From Candidatus Omnitrophota bacterium (GTDB taxonomy: Bacteria; Omnitrophota; Gorgyraeia; Gygaellales; Profunditerraquicolaceae), in contig JALOQK010000002.1 in NCBI GenBank assembly GCA_025453395.1, positions 474,509 through 538,508 on the forward strand: a stretch of 64,000 nt of DNA. The letters are read 5' to 3'. This document shows, one piece after another, positions 19,149 to 28,838 of the stretch. The notes under the pieces are model-generated. The model had not been told where the DNA came from. It worked only from the letters and a program-made list of their open reading frames with translations, and ran no database searches. Numbering within the stretch: the stretch's first letter is position 1; each line of letters opens with the position of its first letter. The translations under genes and the position numbers were made by a program.

Positions 19149-20476
19149 TCTCTCCCCTTGGTTTGTGCAATGAAATCAATAAAACAGCGCTTAATATAAT
19201 CCAGCATTTTCTCATTTATCCCGGGATACACGCCTATCCAAAACAAATTATTCATTGCTATATCCGTATTCTCAAGATTCCCCGCCAGTCTATGTTTAAT
19301 ATTCTGGTAAGCTGGTTGGCGCAGGATATTCCCGCAAAAAAGCATCCGCGTAGAAATAAGCCTGTCTTCCAAGAACTTTACCATTGCATCACGATTAAAA
19401 CCTGCCTCTTGCCTTACTAACAGAGGAAAACCAAACCAACTCGGCAAAGAACAGGCCTGTGCCTTAGGCAAAATAAAACAATCTTCGTATTTCTTAAAAA
19501 ACGCGAACAACCGATTAAAATTATTCCTGCGCCTAATAATAAAATCATTCAACTTCTCAAGCTGCGCCAAGCCCACAGCCGCCTGCATGTCAGTAATTTT
19601 CATATTGTACCCGATATGTGAATATATATACTTGTGATCATAGCCAAAAGGCAGCCTGCCCATCTTAAGAGAAAACCTTTTTTTACAAGTGCCATCTTTA
19701 CCGGTATCGCACCAACAGTCCCTTCCCCAATCGCGCAAAGATAATAATGCCTTTTTTAATACAGGGTTGTTTGTAATAACAGCCCCTCCTTCTCCGGTAG
19801 TAATCTGATGAGAAGGATAAAAACTAAAAGTAGCTATATCAGAAAACGATCCGGTCATTTTATTATTATACTTTGAACCTAAAGCATCGCAAGAATCTTC
19901 GACAAACCATAAGTTATATTTATTCGCTATCCTTTTGACTTCTTTAATATTAAAAGGATTGCCCAAGGTATGCGCTAAAAAGATCGCCTTGGTCTTAGGG
20001 GAAATTGCCCTTTCAATTTTGGCCCAATCAATATTATATGTGCCTAATTCTATATCCACAAAAACCGGGACAAGATTATTTTGTATAATAGCGTTTACAG
20101 TTGTGGGAAAACAGCAGGCAGTTGTTATAACTTCATCGCCTCTATTAAGCCTGCGCTTACCCAACAGAAAAGATGTTAACGCGCTAATTGCCAAAAGATT
20201 TGCTGAAGAACCGGAATTTACCAGCATACAATTATCCGCCCCGATGAACCGAGAAAATTTGCGCTCAAATGCTTCGGCGTATCTGCCTGCAGTAAGCCAG
20301 AAATCCAAAGAGGAATCAACTAAATTGATAAGCTCTTTTTCATCATAAACCCTTTTCCCGTAAGGGACCCTGGTTTTCCCAGGGACAAATTCTTCACTCT
20401 TTAGATTTCTAAAGTAGAAATCTTTTACCGCGGATAAGACATTCTTTCTTGATTTGCTATTATTCCCGCGCATCAT
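19145..20476 (-). CDS. rfbH: CDP-4-keto-6-deoxyglucose 3-dehydrase (E1, DdhC/RfbH)
   Basis: Start moved to ATG 20476. FWLTAGR, NSGSSANL, FYPSH (His in place of Lys), RDCWC...TC Fe-S Cys, YDHKY. Confidence 0.9.
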   Translation of the reverse strand: MMRGNNSKSRKNVLSAVKDFYFRNLKSEEFVPGKTRVPYGKRVYDEKELINLVDSSLDFWLTAGRYAEAFERKFSRFIGADNCMLVNSGSSANLLAISALTSFLLGKRRLNRGDEVITTACCFPTTVNAIIQNNLVPVFVDIELGTYNIDWAKIERAISPKTKAIFLAHTLGNPFNIKEVKRIANKYNLWFVEDSCDALGSKYNNKMTGSFSDIATFSFYPSHQITTGEGGAVITNNPVLKKALLSLRDWGRDCWCDTGKDGTCKKRFSLKMGRLPFGYDHKYIYSHIGYNMKITDMQAAVGLAQLEKLNDFIIRRRNNFNRLFAFFKKYEDCFILPKAQACSLPSWFGFPLLVRQEAGFNRDAMVKFLEDRLISTRMLFCGNILRQPAYQNIKHRLAGNLENTDIAMNNLFWIGVYPGINEKMLDYIKRCFIDFIAQTKGRE

Positions 20477-22262
20477 AGATATTCCCTTCCAGCTCTTTTT
20501 TTGATAAAAATGGCGCCATGTTTTCCAAAGAAGAGGAAACGATGCTTCCGTCGCTGTTCTTGACGGAAGAAACCTTTGGGGCAAAAGGCTGTTTGTCTGA
20601 AACCGCCACTTCGCACACAAACGCTTTCTTAGAGGATAAAATATCCTTTATCTTGCGCGCCATATCCTTATGGCTATTAATACGCTCAGTAGCTAAGCCA
20701 TACGCCTTGGCCACCTTTAGAATATCAGGACAAGATACCCCGCTTTCCTTGCTTGAACCTACATAACGGCTGTTAAAAAAATTATCTTGCGTCTGGCGTA
20801 TGGAAATATAGCCATTGTTATTTAAAACAAAAACCTTGACTGGCAATTTATAATGGACTAAAGTTTGCAATTCTTGGATGTTCATCTGCAGGCTTCCGTC
20901 TCCCGCTAAACATACAACCGGAGTTTTCCCTAAGGAAATACTCGCCCCAATACTGGCTGGTAAATCATAGCCCATAGAAGCGCATCCGGAATTCGAAACA
21001 AACCTTTGTTTGCCGCTTACTATTCCGGCCTGATAGCAAACAACCGAAGCAGTGCCGTTACCCGTAACCAGAACATCATTGTTGCCTAGATTCGCCGTCA
21101 AATCCTGAATAAAGCAATATGGGTTTACCGGTTTATCTTTACAGCGATAGTCCTTCATAACTACAGGATACATCTTCCGCCTGTCTTTAGCCCAAGACAG
21201 CCAAGATGACCAATCCGGCAATAAAACTTTGGAAATCTGCTTTTTTAATTCCACCAGAAAACATCCCGCGTCGGCGCAAATTGTTAAATCCGCTTTAACT
21301 GTGGGCTTTTTTAATTCTGCGCTATCTATATCGACAAAGATTTTCTTTGACCTCTTGGCAAAACATCCCCAGTTATAGCCTGTCTGACGAATATTATTGC
21401 GCGTTCCGACAGAAATCAAAAGATCCGCATTTTGCAAAACAAAATTACCGAATCTGGTCCCGATAGTGCCGGGCCTGCCGGCATAAAAGGCATTTTTTTC
21501 TGGCAACAGATCAACTGCGCAAAGGCTTGTTAAAACTGGAATTCTTAATTTGTTAATGACACTGTTAAAAATTCCCCGAGAACCGCTTATTTTAATCCCT
21601 TGTCCGGCCAATATAACAGGGGATTTTGCAGCCATTAGCATCTCTACAAGCTTAGCTACCTGTTTTTTTAACAAAGAACCGGAAGTTTTCTTGGGCGGCT
21701 TAAAACTTTTTAACTTATCTGTATCGATTAATGCGGACTGCACATCAAGAGGTATATCCAGCCACACCGGTCCCGGACGTGCTTCTTGCGCTAAATACAA
21801 TGCCTTTTGCAAATGATAACGTATGCTATGGGGGTCTTTTATTAAAAACGCGTATTTAGTTATCGGCTTTACTATATCGATAATATTTATTTCCTGATCT
21901 CCCAGCTGACGCAACTTCAATTCGGGGCAAGAGGCTATTGTGGTAGAAAACTTGACCTGCCCGGATATATAAACACAACTTACAGAGTCTAACCACTGCC
22001 CAATTACCCCGGTAATAGTATTTGTCCCACCTGGTCCGCTAGTCACCAATACTAAAGGCATTTTACCGGAAGCTCGCTTATATCCTTCAGCGGCCATGCT
22101 AGCTGCCTGCTCATGGTGGAAACAATAATATTTAAGCTTATGATTTCTTCCCACAGAATCCACAAGATGCATTGCCCCGCCGCCGGAAACCATAAAAACA
22201 TCTTTTATCCGTTTACTGGATAAATAATCAAAAATATAGTCGCTTAATTTTACTTTGGGCAT
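20460..22262 (-). CDS. ThDP-binding acetolactate-synthase-like carboligase (YerE-like)
   Basis: GGGAMHL, HHEQAA, TSGPG.TN, GDGS...NN; adjacent to rfbH. Confidence 0.85.
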   Translation of the reverse strand: MPKVKLSDYIFDYLSSKRIKDVFMVSGGGAMHLVDSVGRNHKLKYYCFHHEQAASMAAEGYKRASGKMPLVLVTSGPGGTNTITGVIGQWLDSVSCVYISGQVKFSTTIASCPELKLRQLGDQEINIIDIVKPITKYAFLIKDPHSIRYHLQKALYLAQEARPGPVWLDIPLDVQSALIDTDKLKSFKPPKKTSGSLLKKQVAKLVEMLMAAKSPVILAGQGIKISGSRGIFNSVINKLRIPVLTSLCAVDLLPEKNAFYAGRPGTIGTRFGNFVLQNADLLISVGTRNNIRQTGYNWGCFAKRSKKIFVDIDSAELKKPTVKADLTICADAGCFLVELKKQISKVLLPDWSSWLSWAKDRRKMYPVVMKDYRCKDKPVNPYCFIQDLTANLGNNDVLVTGNGTASVVCYQAGIVSGKQRFVSNSGCASMGYDLPASIGASISLGKTPVVCLAGDGSLQMNIQELQTLVHYKLPVKVFVLNNNGYISIRQTQDNFFNSRYVGSSKESGVSCPDILKVAKAYGLATERINSHKDMARKIKDILSSKKAFVCEVAVSDKQPFAPKVSSVKNSDGSIVSSSLENMAPFLSKKELEGNIYDARE

Positions 22263-22265
22263 AAA

Positions 22266-23198
22266 TTAAAAGTTTATTTTTTCCCTTATGATCACAAAAG
22301 GCTTCTTACGCACCTGCGAATGAATCGCCCCCACATATTCCCCAATAACCCCTAGGAAAAATAACTGTACCCCAGAGACAATAAGCACAAATAACAATAG
22401 CCCCGCCACCGCCGGTATCTGTACCGGCCAAAAGAAAACTTTTAGGACAAGGTATACTATCGCGAAAAGAAAACTAAACACTGCCATAAGAAAACCTATG
22501 TAAGTGCAAAACCTAATCGGCAGGATAGAGTAACTAACCAGTCCATTAATAGCAAAATCGATCAGATAAAATAAATTACTCTTGGATTTTCCTTTTAATC
22601 TGGCTTTTCGTTTATAACTTATGCCTTTTTGCTTAAATCCTATAGAAGCAATAAGCCCCCTGATATAAGGCTTATAATCGTCCAGCTTAACTAATTCATT
22701 AACCACCTTGCGGTCAATAAGCCGGTAGGTTCCGACATTAACCTGTAATTTCTCCTCAGAAATGGCATTAATTCCGATATAAAAAATCTTACGCAACAAC
22801 CCCATAATCAAATTATCGCTTGTCTTGTTGCGCACGCCGTAAACAACCTGATACCCCTGTTCCCACTGGCGTATAAACTCCGGAATTAGTTCTGCCGGGT
22901 CCTTTAAACTTCCCTCAAAGGTAATAACCGCATCCCCTGTTGCGTGGCGGTAACCGGTCATCTCTGATTTAATCGAACCAAAATTCTTAGAGTAGCTTAA
23001 AACCTTTACATTTTTGTCGTTTGCGGCAATGCCCTTCAAGATTTCAAGCGTCCTGTCTGTGCTAGCGTTATCCAGAAAAATATGCTCATATTCATAATCG
23101 CTGGCCAAATCCTTAAAAATATTCTTTATTTGTTCGTATACATCTCGGACAATCTCTTCTTCATTTAAAACCCCGGTTATAACGCTTATCTTTTTCAT
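22266..23198 (-). CDS. GT2 GtrB/ArnC-like polyprenyl-phosphate glycosyltransferase
   Basis: DNASTD, S.NFG, DP.ELI, two C-terminal TMs, GVIGEY. Confidence 0.85.
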   Translation of the reverse strand: MKKISVITGVLNEEEIVRDVYEQIKNIFKDLASDYEYEHIFLDNASTDRTLEILKGIAANDKNVKVLSYSKNFGSIKSEMTGYRHATGDAVITFEGSLKDPAELIPEFIRQWEQGYQVVYGVRNKTSDNLIMGLLRKIFYIGINAISEEKLQVNVGTYRLIDRKVVNELVKLDDYKPYIRGLIASIGFKQKGISYKRKARLKGKSKSNLFYLIDFAINGLVSYSILPIRFCTYIGFLMAVFSFLFAIVYLVLKVFFWPVQIPAVAGLLLFVLIVSGVQLFFLGVIGEYVGAIHSQVRKKPFVIIREKINF

Positions 23199-24403
23199 GC
23201 TATTCTCCCCTTCAGGCGATTTTTAGGCACAGCATAGAGAACAGTTTGGAAACATTCCTGTTCATGGCGCCTTAAGAAAAATAAATAATCACTATTTAAA
23301 GATTTAACCAAAAGCGGAATCTTATATATATCCTCTTGGTTATGGTCCAAGCATACAGCTAAAACAGGGCAAAATCTAGAAATAATGCCCTTAATAGACA
23401 GCAACTGGTTCTTCTCCTGGCCCTCAATATCCATTTTAACATAAGAAGCAGCTACGCCCTCTATTTTTAATAGATCTCTTAAAGACAGACACTTGACTTT
23501 ATTCTTAGATCCTCCCAAAGCTGAAGAAGTTGTCCCAGTGCAATTAAAAGAAAATCTTCCTCTATGTTCACCTAATGCGCAATTATAAAGCGCAATTTTT
23601 TGCTTTAAATCCCCGGATAAAGAACACACATAGGCTTTTAATTTACCAAAACTTATTCTATCCGGCTCTATAGCAATAATCTTATTAAAGCTTTTCCTTC
23701 GCTGCTGCAGAAAATCCCTTATCGTATCCCCATCAAAAGCCCCGCAATCAGCAAATATTTCATTTCCCAAGAAAGATACAATGCTTTTAGAGAAATAAGA
23801 ACTGCCCCTGGGGCTTGTTAATCCTTCAAGCCTAAGATGCAAATGATAATATATCTGCTTTAAGAATTCCCGGCGTGATTGCTCATCAGCCAAAAGATCA
23901 AAACAAGCAAGCACCTCATCTCTATCCTTAATAATCTTTTCCGGCAAATCTACATAATAATACGGTAAAAAGTATTCCGGATGCCTCCAGAATAAACCTA
24001 CCGAATGAACAACGCACTTACACCCTAAAGAAAACAACAACTTTCTTGTGTCAGCAAACTTATGTGAGCCATTAAAAATGGTTACAATAAAAACAGCGTC
24101 TTTACCGTATTTGTCTGCGCACTGCCGCGGTGAAAATACATCTAGGCCGTTTATACGCTTCCCCCAAAGATTAGGGTCTGAATCCGAAAAACAAATAGGT
24201 TTTTCTTTGAGAGTGCGCAAAACACGCGAAACTTTCTTTCCTAAATTACCAGCGCCAAAAAGGACAATCCCCTTTTTGCCTTTGGATAACAAGCTAAATG
24301 CATTCTTTCTGCGCGAAATAACACTTGTTACATCCTCGCCCAATATATCCAAAAGCTCTTTTCTTGGCTGCATTAAGAATCTTTTACCGCGCTTAAATTC
24401 CAC
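23195..24403 (-). CDS. FkbM family methyltransferase with an N-terminal Rossmann-like domain
   Basis: FGAGNLG; DCGAFDGDT, IEPD, KMDIEG. Confidence 0.8.
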   Translation of the reverse strand: MEFKRGKRFLMQPRKELLDILGEDVTSVISRRKNAFSLLSKGKKGIVLFGAGNLGKKVSRVLRTLKEKPICFSDSDPNLWGKRINGLDVFSPRQCADKYGKDAVFIVTIFNGSHKFADTRKLLFSLGCKCVVHSVGLFWRHPEYFLPYYYVDLPEKIIKDRDEVLACFDLLADEQSRREFLKQIYYHLHLRLEGLTSPRGSSYFSKSIVSFLGNEIFADCGAFDGDTIRDFLQQRRKSFNKIIAIEPDRISFGKLKAYVCSLSGDLKQKIALYNCALGEHRGRFSFNCTGTTSSALGGSKNKVKCLSLRDLLKIEGVAASYVKMDIEGQEKNQLLSIKGIISRFCPVLAVCLDHNQEDIYKIPLLVKSLNSDYLFFLRRHEQECFQTVLYAVPKNRLKGRIA

Positions 24404-25472
24404 GATTGTAAATAACCTGCTTTAATTCTTCATTATTAGCATAGGGAGAATCAATCATATCAATAGTAATAGGCTGATCTTTCTTGCAAGATTTAAGTAA
24501 AACTTCTCCTGACATAAGCTCGCGGCAAGAGATCTGCGCTTTCTGCAGAGGAATTGCCAGATATATATCCTCTTCGGACAGGGCATGCCCTTCTTTTAAA
24601 TCATGTTTGGCATATACTCCCCGCACCAAGGCATCCAGATACTTAATTTCTTTCTCAGAATGCACCCTGCTTGAGGCCCCACTTCCGCCACAGAGTTCTT
24701 TTGCAGCATGAAAACTCTTAAACCAGGCATCGACATGTTCTGGTAAAGAACAATATTCCGAAACTTCTCTGCCATCATCAATGTCGATATGGCGCTCAAA
24801 AGTACGCGCGCCTTTAGCATAGGCAATTAACATTGAGGCCTCTAAAGTTTTATTGGCTTCATGGGTAGAAAACCCGATTATATGCTTAGGATACCTATTC
24901 TTTAAGAAATCTATCTGATTTAATTCCATTTCTCTGGCCATAGTAGGATAAATAGATACACAATGATTAATTGCCAAAGGAATATTCCTATTCTCAAAGA
25001 AAATTACAAGATCATCCAGGTCCTTAAGGGTAGTCCCGCCAGTTGAAACAAATACGGGTTTGCGTGTTTTTGCAATCTTTTCAATCAAAACCCAATCATT
25101 GATATCTGAGCTGGCTAGCTTTATTATCTGAATGCCTAATTCTATACATAAATCAACTGACGCCTCATCAAAGGGAGTAGCCATAGTAATACAACTTTGT
25201 TTACGTATGGCCTTAACAAGCTCTTCAAAATTTTCTTTGGACATTTGCGTGTCTATGGTCTTTTTAATATAACGGATATCTGTTCTTTTCAGAAAATCTT
25301 TATGGATAAATGAATTAACATTCCTAAACTGCAATTTTATCGCAGCCCTTACGTTATTAAAACGCACTAACCTGCCATAATCAGTAATTATTTTTAAACC
25401 CCGCTCTAAACTACCCCAATGGTTATTGGCGATCTCTAAAACAAATAAATCTTCAAATATGTCCCTATTCAT
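24393..25472 (-). CDS. NeuB-family PEP-dependent ulosonate synthase with SAF domain
   Basis: EIANNH.G, KLQ, TPFD, HCVSIYP, GFSTH, ERH; C-terminal RGVYA SAF domain. Confidence 0.85.
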   Translation of the reverse strand: MNRDIFEDLFVLEIANNHWGSLERGLKIITDYGRLVRFNNVRAAIKLQFRNVNSFIHKDFLKRTDIRYIKKTIDTQMSKENFEELVKAIRKQSCITMATPFDEASVDLCIELGIQIIKLASSDINDWVLIEKIAKTRKPVFVSTGGTTLKDLDDLVIFFENRNIPLAINHCVSIYPTMAREMELNQIDFLKNRYPKHIIGFSTHEANKTLEASMLIAYAKGARTFERHIDIDDGREVSEYCSLPEHVDAWFKSFHAAKELCGGSGASSRVHSEKEIKYLDALVRGVYAKHDLKEGHALSEEDIYLAIPLQKAQISCRELMSGEVLLKSCKKDQPITIDMIDSPYANNEELKQVIYNRGI

Positions 25473-25483
25473 CTAAAACCTCC

Positions 25484-26368
25484 CTATTTATCAAAACATA
25501 AAGCCTTGTTGTTTATATTACAGCAATGGCTCAAATACCAATCATACAACATCGAAATAGCTTTATCTATAGAAGTAAAGCTTATATCTTTTATTTCTTC
25601 AGTGATGCGTTTATTATCCCCGCTATATTCTTTGTCTATTCCAGGCTTTGCTATTTTTATAGGCAGCTTTTTGCCAGACACCCTAATAACTTTCTTAGCC
25701 AGTTCACGCAGCTCTATAGACTTATAAGGCGTAATATTATAGGCCTTATACTTGGCTTTATGATTAATAAAATAATCTAATATCGGCATAAAGTCATCCA
25801 CAAAAATATAGTCAAATTTACGATTTTGCTTAATGGTAACAGCCTTTACGCATACAGCCTTACAAATAGCATTAGAAATAAAGCGTATAGCGTAATCTTC
25901 ATATTTGCCAAATATGCCAAATACGCGCAGCTCCACAGCATTCGTCATCTTCTCGACATATTTAGCAATAATGTATTTGGATAAGCCGCCTTCATCTGTT
26001 GGGATATGCGCGCCAAAATAGTCTTCCTTCATTTTAGGCAAATAATACCTCTGGTCATAAACCAGCCCAGAGCTTAAAACAATTATTTTGCCGTAAGAAT
26101 CCTTGTGGCGCACCAAATTGAAAAACATCCTTGTATTATGATAAAGCTCTCCAGAAGGGTCTTTGGCGTTTCTATGCCCAGGCCTGACCGCGGCATGGAT
26201 TACAGCATCAAAATATTTATGCCTTCTAAAAAACGCGTCAACACTATCCTGGTCCAAAAGGTCTAATTGCGCATGCGTGGGGCAAACAAGCTTATATTTA
26301 GAAGCTAAAAATGATTCTTTTATATTCCTACCGATAAAACCGCTTGCTCCGGTTAAAAAAATCTTCAT
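25484..26368 (-). CDS. NAD-dependent epimerase/reductase (extended SDR) with atypical catalytic motif
   Basis: GASGFIG; GGLSK where YxxxK is expected. Confidence 0.75.
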   Translation of the reverse strand: MKIFLTGASGFIGRNIKESFLASKYKLVCPTHAQLDLLDQDSVDAFFRRHKYFDAVIHAAVRPGHRNAKDPSGELYHNTRMFFNLVRHKDSYGKIIVLSSGLVYDQRYYLPKMKEDYFGAHIPTDEGGLSKYIIAKYVEKMTNAVELRVFGIFGKYEDYAIRFISNAICKAVCVKAVTIKQNRKFDYIFVDDFMPILDYFINHKAKYKAYNITPYKSIELRELAKKVIRVSGKKLPIKIAKPGIDKEYSGDNKRITEEIKDISFTSIDKAISMLYDWYLSHCCNINNKALCFDK

Positions 26369-27561
26369 GCTTCGGCCGCCTCTTTTTGTTTCTTAACTGA
26401 AGAAACTATGCTTAAAATTAAGAGCGAAACAATAATTATTGGGTTAACAAGCACCGAAAGGCTTAATTCCGGCTCTAAAGCATAACGCCAGTAATTTTTG
26501 GGTATCAATAATAAAGCAAAAAGAATTATAAATGCCCTGTCAAAAAGCTTATTGCCCGGGGCGTTAATAAAGAACAAAAGTGGAATATAGAAATACATAA
26601 GCCGGTAATCCCCGGAAACATACGGGAACAACTCCATACAGCAAACTAACAGTAATATCTTCTTCCAAAATGTTTTCTCAACAATCAAAACATACAAAGC
26701 AATAAACCCAGCGCAGACCAGAGAAAACGCCATATAAGGGCTTACAAAATACGGAAGCTGAAAACGCTTTTGCGCGATAACTAAGATCGTCTTTAAAAAA
26801 CCAAATAAGCTATGCCCAAAATACAAGCCTTCATTACCAATAACATAGGCCTGTTTATAAAGACCAAGATTAAACACGAAACGCTCCCAATTAGCCCCTA
26901 TGGCCCCCTTAAAAGAAGCCAAAGCAACAAAATTAAGCACAAAAACCATCCCTAAAATCAACAAAACCTGCCTGTATTTCTTATCCGAGAGAAAAAGAAG
27001 TATGAATACTGCCGGAAACGGCTTCATGCTTATAGCCAAACCTAACAACACTGCGCTAAACCAAAACTTATTATTAGCATAGGAAGAGATACTAAAGTAA
27101 AGAGCAAATAGGCAAAGTACCTCTATATTAAGTCTATCTACGGACAAAAGAAAAGGATATGATAAAAAACAGATTACAAACATGTTCATAAAATCACTTG
27201 CCTTCTCCCCCATTTTAATGTTCTTGTGCACAATATAAGCAAAAATGGCCAAGAAAGAAAACAAAAATATAAGAAATGAGAAGAACGGCTTTAAGATTAT
27301 AAATATATACTCTATGGCAAAAAGGAACGGTAGCATGGTTTGAGTGCTCGTGGGCGGCATTCCAAGATATGGATTATAATCCGCCATGGAAAAAAACATG
27401 CTGGTGAAATCACTAAAGCAATCCCGGGGACGGAAAAGAAAAGTATTCACCGGATATCCATTGCCCAGATAGGTGCCAAAGAAATAATGATAGAAAACAG
27501 CGATAGAAAAACCCAACAATACTATTAAAGAAAGTAAACTTATCTTCTCTTTTTTGTTCAT
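26365..27561 (-). CDS. GT87-like (DUF2029) GT-C membrane glycosyltransferase
   Basis: SDF, DRLNIE, LAISMKPFP, DYRL; ~10 TMs. Confidence 0.75.
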   Translation of the reverse strand: MNKKEKISLLSLIVLLGFSIAVFYHYFFGTYLGNGYPVNTFLFRPRDCFSDFTSMFFSMADYNPYLGMPPTSTQTMLPFLFAIEYIFIILKPFFSFLIFLFSFLAIFAYIVHKNIKMGEKASDFMNMFVICFLSYPFLLSVDRLNIEVLCLFALYFSISSYANNKFWFSAVLLGLAISMKPFPAVFILLFLSDKKYRQVLLILGMVFVLNFVALASFKGAIGANWERFVFNLGLYKQAYVIGNEGLYFGHSLFGFLKTILVIAQKRFQLPYFVSPYMAFSLVCAGFIALYVLIVEKTFWKKILLLVCCMELFPYVSGDYRLMYFYIPLLFFINAPGNKLFDRAFIILFALLLIPKNYWRYALEPELSLSVLVNPIIIVSLLILSIVSSVKKQKEAAEA

Positions 27562-28838
27562 AACTTTCTCAAATTCATCTTTGAAGCTAATGATCTGCTT
27601 CGCGCAACAACCTGGTCCATATTAATATATTCAAATTCCGCAAACCTGCCCAGCAATTTTATTCCTAAAGAATCAAAAAAACTTCTTATGATTTTCATAT
27701 TCTTCTGGCGATCGCGATCATGTATAACATACCCGTAAGGCAGGTTCTTAATGTCCGTGGTTACAATATCCTTCTTGTCTATTATACCTATACAGGATAG
27801 ATTTTTAACTATTTTCTCTATTAGCAGGCTATTTGAAACCTTTGCCAGGCCGCTTCCCGGCTTTGCGGTAACTTCAGCCACAAGAGAGGAATTACCCAAC
27901 GGAACATTATTCTGGCTAAAATACCCCATAAAACATACCCGATGCGCTAAAATATCTTTATCCGGAATATAAATAGCGCTTTTATCTAATAAAGATCTGT
28001 TCTTTATGCCGATTAATACAACGCGCAAACAGTTATAACGCAAATCCTTTGCCGCCTGCATAACGCGCAAAGGCACATTTTCCATCATCCTCAAAGCTTC
28101 AGCAACCGCAAAAGTAATAACAATCTTGTTATATGGCCTTATATTTTTACCATCAGAAACAAGCCACTCTTTTCTTCTCCTAGAGATTTTCTTAATATTA
28201 AAACCACAAATGCAATCTTGCTTGCCGCCTGCAAAGGCGCTGATCAAAGACTGTATTCCCCCATGCCTGGGATAAAAGAAATTAAGCTGATGCAGATACC
28301 CTTCTGTTTCTATGCCAAGCGCGGATTTTACTATATCATCTATCGGGGGACGCGGCAGGCGGCCTACCCAATCTAAAGACATCTTATCAAGCGCAAACTT
28401 CCAGATTTTGTTATTATAAGGCAAAAGATACTTTTCGGTTATACCATCTCCGAAGTTATAATACATCCAACTGAAGAAATCTTTTGGCTTGGGATAATTA
28501 TTCCTTAAGACTCCCATCAAACAATCATAGACATCTTCCTTATCTAAAATACCAAGGCCATTCTCAAAGGGATATTTTACAAAACGCCCCTTATAGAATA
28601 TTTTGTTATTACGCCTTTGCGCATGAATATTATTGCCCAATATGCGTTTAATTAAGCCAAGAACAGCCTTGTCTTTTGAAAACAAGATATGCCCGCCTAA
28701 ATCATAGCTAAATCCGTCTTTTTTAAAACTTCGGCAAAGCCCTCCTAAGGCATTATCTTTTTCAAGAATCTGACTCTTAGGGAATAGAAAATGCTGCAGG
28801 CTAACCGCGCTCAAACCTCCGCCCAATATACCAATCAT
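27558..28838 (-). CDS. FAD-dependent oxidoreductase, NDP-sugar pyranose-furanose mutase-like
   Basis: GGGLS, GGLCRS, DLGGH, YPFEN, PYN.KIW, GRFAEFEY.NMD. Confidence 0.7.
   Translation of the reverse strand: MIGILGGGLSAVSLQHFLFPKSQILEKDNALGGLCRSFKKDGFSYDLGGHILFSKDKAVLGLIKRILGNNIHAQRRNNKIFYKGRFVKYPFENGLGILDKEDVYDCLMGVLRNNYPKPKDFFSWMYYNFGDGITEKYLLPYNNKIWKFALDKMSLDWVGRLPRPPIDDIVKSALGIETEGYLHQLNFFYPRHGGIQSLISAFAGGKQDCICGFNIKKISRRRKEWLVSDGKNIRPYNKIVITFAVAEALRMMENVPLRVMQAAKDLRYNCLRVVLIGIKNRSLLDKSAIYIPDKDILAHRVCFMGYFSQNNVPLGNSSLVAEVTAKPGSGLAKVSNSLLIEKIVKNLSCIGIIDKKDIVTTDIKNLPYGYVIHDRDRQKNMKIIRSFFDSLGIKLLGRFAEFEYINMDQVVARSRSLASKMNLRKL

Noticed and set aside
20477-20620. N-terminal 48-aa extension of RfbH given by the ORF track
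   Set aside because: It overlaps the upstream gene extensively; ATG 20476 (or 20473) gives a normal-length protein.
20460-22262. Annotation as ilvB acetolactate synthase
   Set aside because: No small subunit or other ilv genes; overlap with rfbH favours a YerE-like role.
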